NCBI GenBank assembly: GCA_951406725.2
Contig: OX597822.1
Span: 39,370,001-39,434,000 of the forward strand
From: Octopus vulgaris
Taxonomy: Eukaryota
DNA length: 64,000 nt
Reading direction: 5' to 3'
Below, in pieces: positions 59,353 to 64,000 of the stretch. The translations under genes were made by a program, and so were the position numbers. The notes under the pieces are model-generated. The model was not told the origin of the DNA, did not search any database, and saw only the letters and a program-made list of their open reading frames with translations. Every line of letters starts with the position of its first letter. Positions within the stretch are counted from its first letter, which is position 1.

Positions 59353-59389
59353 AGAAATTACCGGTTTCGTGTTAACTTTTCAAATTTCT
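59353..59389 (-). ncRNA. Hammerhead motif, U3-A8 variant, in PLE 3' UTR
   Basis: rc: agaaat-TTGAAAA-GT(TAAC)AC-GAAAC-CG-GTA-atttct. Confidence 0.65.
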
Positions 59390-59520
59390 CAAGTGTCTTT
59401 ACCTACATCGTATTATGTCTTCGTTATGAAGTGCAAAGAAGAGTTCCAGGTAGGGGGAGGTAATGAGCGATTTCTTCCGGTATAAGGGAGATAATCGCTT
59501 TATATTTCTTTTCCCTTTAT

Positions 59521-62500
59521 CTAATGGGGTGAGTTTCTCTGTATAAGAATGTTAGAGTGGTTAAGTTTGGGTTTATATTTTTCAATGAAGAATGTTTCCT
59601 TGTTTAATCTAATTTGTGTTGGTGTTCCAATAGCACATTGATAGAATGGAAAGATTAGATATTGTGGTAGTAGTTGCTTTACGCATTTCTCAATATGTTC
59701 ACTAAAGGGTATCATTCTGTATTCTGGGAATGCAATCTGTTGTCGATGCAGAGTGCATCTACGTCTGAATGATAGTCCCGTGGACCCCACGTAGTTTTGG
59801 TGGCAGCCCGAGCACCTTATGACATAAATTATGTTTTCAGAAGCACAAGTAAAATTAGATTTGATCTTGAATTTTTGTCCCTCTTTGAAAAGGAATTCTG
59901 ATCCTTCTAGAAGGTTTGGGCATGTTGCGCAGTTTGGTCTACCACATTTTTTTACTTTTGCATCCGTAGTTTCAGAAAACAATTTTGCCTTTGTGAGAAT
60001 CTTTTTAAGTGATTTAGGTTGTTTGTAGCTTTTAATGATTTTATGTATGTTTAGAATTTCCTTTAATTTGGGGTCCTTATGAAGTATTGGTAAATTCTGG
60101 GTGATGATGGTGAAGGCTTCTTTGTTTCTGGGGTTGTATGTGGATATGTAAGGCAGTATTTTCGGGGAAGGTGAGTTGTTGTGTTGAACTTTTCTCAAAG
60201 TTTCTATGTCGATTTCTGTTGCACGTCTGATCCCATCCTCTATGAGTTGAGCTGTGTAGTGTCTGTCAATTAGGGTGTTTTTGAGTTCTTGTAGTCTAAA
60301 GTTCCTAGTATTTTGTTCTGACACTATTGTGCATTTCCTTCTTGCAAGGTTGAAAGGGATGTTTGTTTTAGTGTGTCTTGGGTGGCATGAATCAAAAAGT
60401 AGGTATTGTTTAGCGTCTGTGGCGTTGTATAAAATGTCTGTTTCTATTTTAAGGTTAATTTTTTAATTATGGAAGCTCCTTTTGGTTGTATTCCATTGTG
60501 AACTGTATATTTGGGTTGATGCTGTTCCATAGGTTTATGAATTTTAGGAGTTTATCTGTGTTTTCATTCCAGAGTATAAAACAACCGTCCAGGAATCTTT
60601 TCCAATTCTCTTTTATGTATTGTGAGAGGGGGTTTCCAAAGGTCGATAAAGATTCCTGGTATACAATTATTTCCAGGTAGCCCATTGTTAGGTTCGCAAT
60701 GACTGGTGCTGCCCTTGTACCCATAGCAATTCCGGATTTTTGACGGACGGTAAAATGTATTGTCAAACATGAAGTGGTTATTATGTAGGATGAATTCAAC
60801 CGATTTAGTAATGAATTCTTTACTGATCCTTTTTGGTATTTCTTCCGGAAATTGGTCCAGCCAGAACTGTATTGCCTCTAGTCCATAATTATGAGGTATA
60901 CTGGTATATAAATTAACTACATCAAATGAAACCATGATTGTCTCTTCCTTGACTTTTTTGGAAGGTGGTTTAACATATCCAAGTCATCTCTGATATGACT
61001 ATCGATATGTTTAAGGTAGGGTTTCAGGAGGATGTCCATAAATAGACTTAATCTGTGTGTTTCACAGGTTGGGCCAGCTACAATGGGTCGTAGTTTTAGG
61101 TCCCCCGGGTTAGGTGTGTGTATGTATGCCTTTGGTGATTTTTTAATGGTTTCATTTATAATTTGGCTTTTATGTATTTTTGGCAGACCATAGAAGAGGC
61201 TAGGCTTGCATTTAAAGTTTGTTAGAAAGTCAATCTCTTTGGTTGTTAGTTCCTATTCATGGGTTTTAATTAGTGAAGACAGAGTTTTCATTATTTTTTG
61301 CGGGGTGTAGTTGGTGATTTTTTCATAATGTTGATTGTTATCAAGTAAGGAAATTACAAGATTTCTATAGTATAATGTATCCATTATTACAACTGCACTT
61401 CCTTTGTCTGCTTCCTTAATGGTTATATCTTCATCATTTTGAAGTTCTATCAGTTCCTTCCATTGTGCAGTGCTAAAATTTGTGTTAACTGTCTGTTTAT
61501 GTATAGTATGGTAGGGAAAGTTCTCAATGTGGCTTCAGAACTCGTCAAGATCTTTATTTCTTCCTCTGTGTGGGATGTGTTCACTTTTGTTCTTGACTAG
61601 TGATTCATCTTCAGTATTGAAACTGGTTGATGCTTCTGCTGGTCTTAATTTTCTGCAGAATTCTGTTATATTATCCTTGATTTCATTTTGGTTAGCTCTG
61701 CGTGGAGTTGGCGTAAATTTGTGCCCTTTTGAGAGGATGTCAATTTTTGTGTTAGAGAAAGGTTTGGTTGAAAGGTTGATTATCTTCGGTTTTTCCTTAT
61801 TACTAGGTTCCAGCCTGTGTCCTGGTGTCTCTGGTCCCGGGCTAAAAAATGTTGGGTGTAATTTTGTTTGTATGAGTTGTCTGTGAGGTTGTGTGATATT
61901 GGTTCGGGAGAACGGTGGTATTGTTGCCTCCGATTGTTGTGTGTGTGTGGGAATCTATGGTTGTTTTCGTTTGTGGTATGTGTAAAATTTCTGTGTGATA
62001 TGTTTTTGTTTCGAATTGCTTGTATGTGGGATGTTGCTTGACTTAGTGTTTTTTTTGCGTTTGTCTTGTGTTCGGTGGGGACCAGTAATTTTGGTTCATG
62101 GAGTAGTAGCGACTTGTGTGTGGTGTGTTTCTTATTCTAGTGTTATTTTGTGCTGTTATGTGGTGGTTAGGTCTGGTATTAGGATGTTGTTGGCGTGTTC
62201 TGTTCTTGGTGTAATCTATTTCATAAATGCGTTGTCTTTCAGCTTGTTCGCTGTTAAGTCTTGCGTGGTTCGAAAATGTTGGTTGTGGGTGATTTCTGTT
62301 TCTAGTGTATGGAGGATAGTTGGGGGTGGTTTGTGGGTTGTTCGGTTTTTCTTTTTTATTTTTTGTTATTTTCTTTAGAAAGGGATTATCTGTACTCAAT
62401 TCATTTTTGAAAATTGACTCATATCTTTGGAAGAAATCGTTGCTTTATTCCCAGCGTAGGAGAGAATTTCTTTCCTCCTCTTCACAGATTTCTTTCCAAT

Positions 62501-62740
62501 GATTCATGGTATTTTCGAGGGGTTGTCCCTCGGTTCGTTTCTGTATTTCACTATGCAGCTCCTCGTCGATGTTTTTATATTTTTCCTCATTAGTGGAGGC
62601 CCTAAGTTTTAGTAATTCTATTTCTGATTTTAAATTGAATAGAGCTGACCTTTCCCTAATAGTTCTCTGTCCGTCAGGTTCGTTGGGTATTATTTTGATC
62701 TGGAATTTGCGTGGGAGGATAATTGGTGTTGAGTTCATCC
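59521..62740 (-). pseudogene. PLE polyprotein (N-terminal region, RT, Cys linker, GIY-YIG), frameshifted
   Basis: SFDVVNLYTSIP, GIAMGTRAAP..ANL.MG, RFLDGCF, KCGRPNCATC, NIIYVIRC..C...YVGST. Confidence 0.9.
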
Positions 62741-63127
62741 ATCCCTCGTAGATATCTGCTTTGTTGGAATTTTTTTATCATGTTCTAGAAGGCGAGTTTT
62801 CTATTGTGTAGGTTTGTATTTCAAATGTTTCCTATTTTTCTTTTTGTTGGGTTGATTTGTGTACGTATGATGTCCTGGTGTGTTTCATTTGGTGTGTGTC
62901 GTTTATTGTCGGATTTGTTAATGAAAATTGAATTTAGGGTTGTGCATAAAAGTTGTAAATCATTACTAACCTGGTCAATGTAGCGAGTTGTGTCTTCACT
63001 GTTTTTCCTTTCCCGGGCAAGTAGATTTGAGTCCTCGATTTTGTTATTTAAGGTCCTTCTGTAGTTTTTTCACTTTTTACTATTTTCTATATATCCAACC
63101 ACGTGCTTTCACACACCAACTTTCTCA

Positions 63128-63170
<43 letters not shown>

Positions 63171-63498
63171 TAGTTACATGCCCCTATAAATGCACACATG
63201 CATATAAGCACATATATATATATAGGGAGACAAAACCAGTGTTTTCGGAGATTTAATCAATGAGATTTAAGCAACGAAATCCTGAAGATACTAATCCTGA
63301 AGATACACTAATGAATTCACAGAATCGATTTCTTCCAAAAATTTGAATAATGTCTAAAAGAATTAATATCATTGTTCTTGTATCTAACACGCTTCATGCT
63401 CGTTGTAGTCAATTGGGAGGAAAAGTATATAGGTGTAATTCTTCAAATACTAGTTTTTCTTCTCCGACTGGGTGCCCTCTCTGGAAAAATACTGCATA

Positions 63499-63970
63499 CC
63501 GTAAATCCTCGAGTATAATCCGCAATTTTTCCCCAAAATTTAAAGGTCAAAATCCCTAGTACGTACTATATACGAGGCAAAAATGAAAAATATTTTCTAA
63601 GCAATCTCCGAGTCTCTATTTGCCGTCCGGCAATGTTTATTTAGACGAATTTTGTGATGTCAATCAACCATTACTTGCAGTAAGCAACATTTATTAAACG
63701 TTATTACTGTTATTACTGTTATTTCTGTATTTTCTGCAAACAAAATGCACAAAAAAATGCTACACGTTTGCATTATGTTATATATACAATAATAATAAAG
63801 GACGTTACTGTACACATTTTTACAAACCAAAGACATTATATAGACCTCCTTGACTCAAGTTAGAGAAGGGGTGCGTATTATACACAAGGTTTAGGTTTTT
63901 CAGAGGTACAGGCCCCTAAAAATCCCCTGCGTATTATACTCAAGGGTGGACTATACTCAAGGATTTACGG
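63499..63970. mobile_element. pogo/Tigger-like MITE
   Basis: TIRs CCGTAAATCCTCGAGTATA / TATACTCAAGGATTTACGG with TA both sides. Confidence 0.85.
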
Positions 63971-64000
63971 TATGTACGGAAAAGGCTCTTAATAGAAGGA

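Larger units (their letters stand above)
59234..63087 (-). mobile_element. Near full-length Penelope-like element (Neptune-like)
   Basis: RT plus GIY-YIG ORF pieces; 33-bp inverted end repeats; 3' HHR; TA arrays nearby on both sides. Confidence 0.88.

Overview
AT-rich, microsatellite-saturated eukaryotic DNA in which I see no host gene. The SINE families and (TA)n/(TACA)n density resemble an octopus/cephalopod genome (inference). Most long ORFs in the track are microsatellite artefacts. Real coding remnants are all transposon-derived: three Dong/R4-like RLE LINE pieces plus RTE-like and L2/CR1-like fragments, a Helitron with PIF1 helicase, two Penelope-like elements (PLEs), Tc1/mariner and Academ-like remnants. 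There are also MITEs, three SINE families, a U6 pseudogene and an intron-containing tRNA-Met. The main hidden signal is about two dozen minimal type I hammerhead ribozyme (HHR) motifs, intact or degenerate, on both strands. They lie in PLE termini and in short non-coding retrozyme-like units arranged as partial tandems or inverted pairs inside microsatellites. Highlights: a ~430-nt unit whose 5' end falls at its own predicted cleavage site, a tRNA-headed SINE-like element carrying an HHR, and cores that covary at the 3-8 pair (C-G, U-A, G-C). All structures were read by eye; none has been folded, searched or tested.
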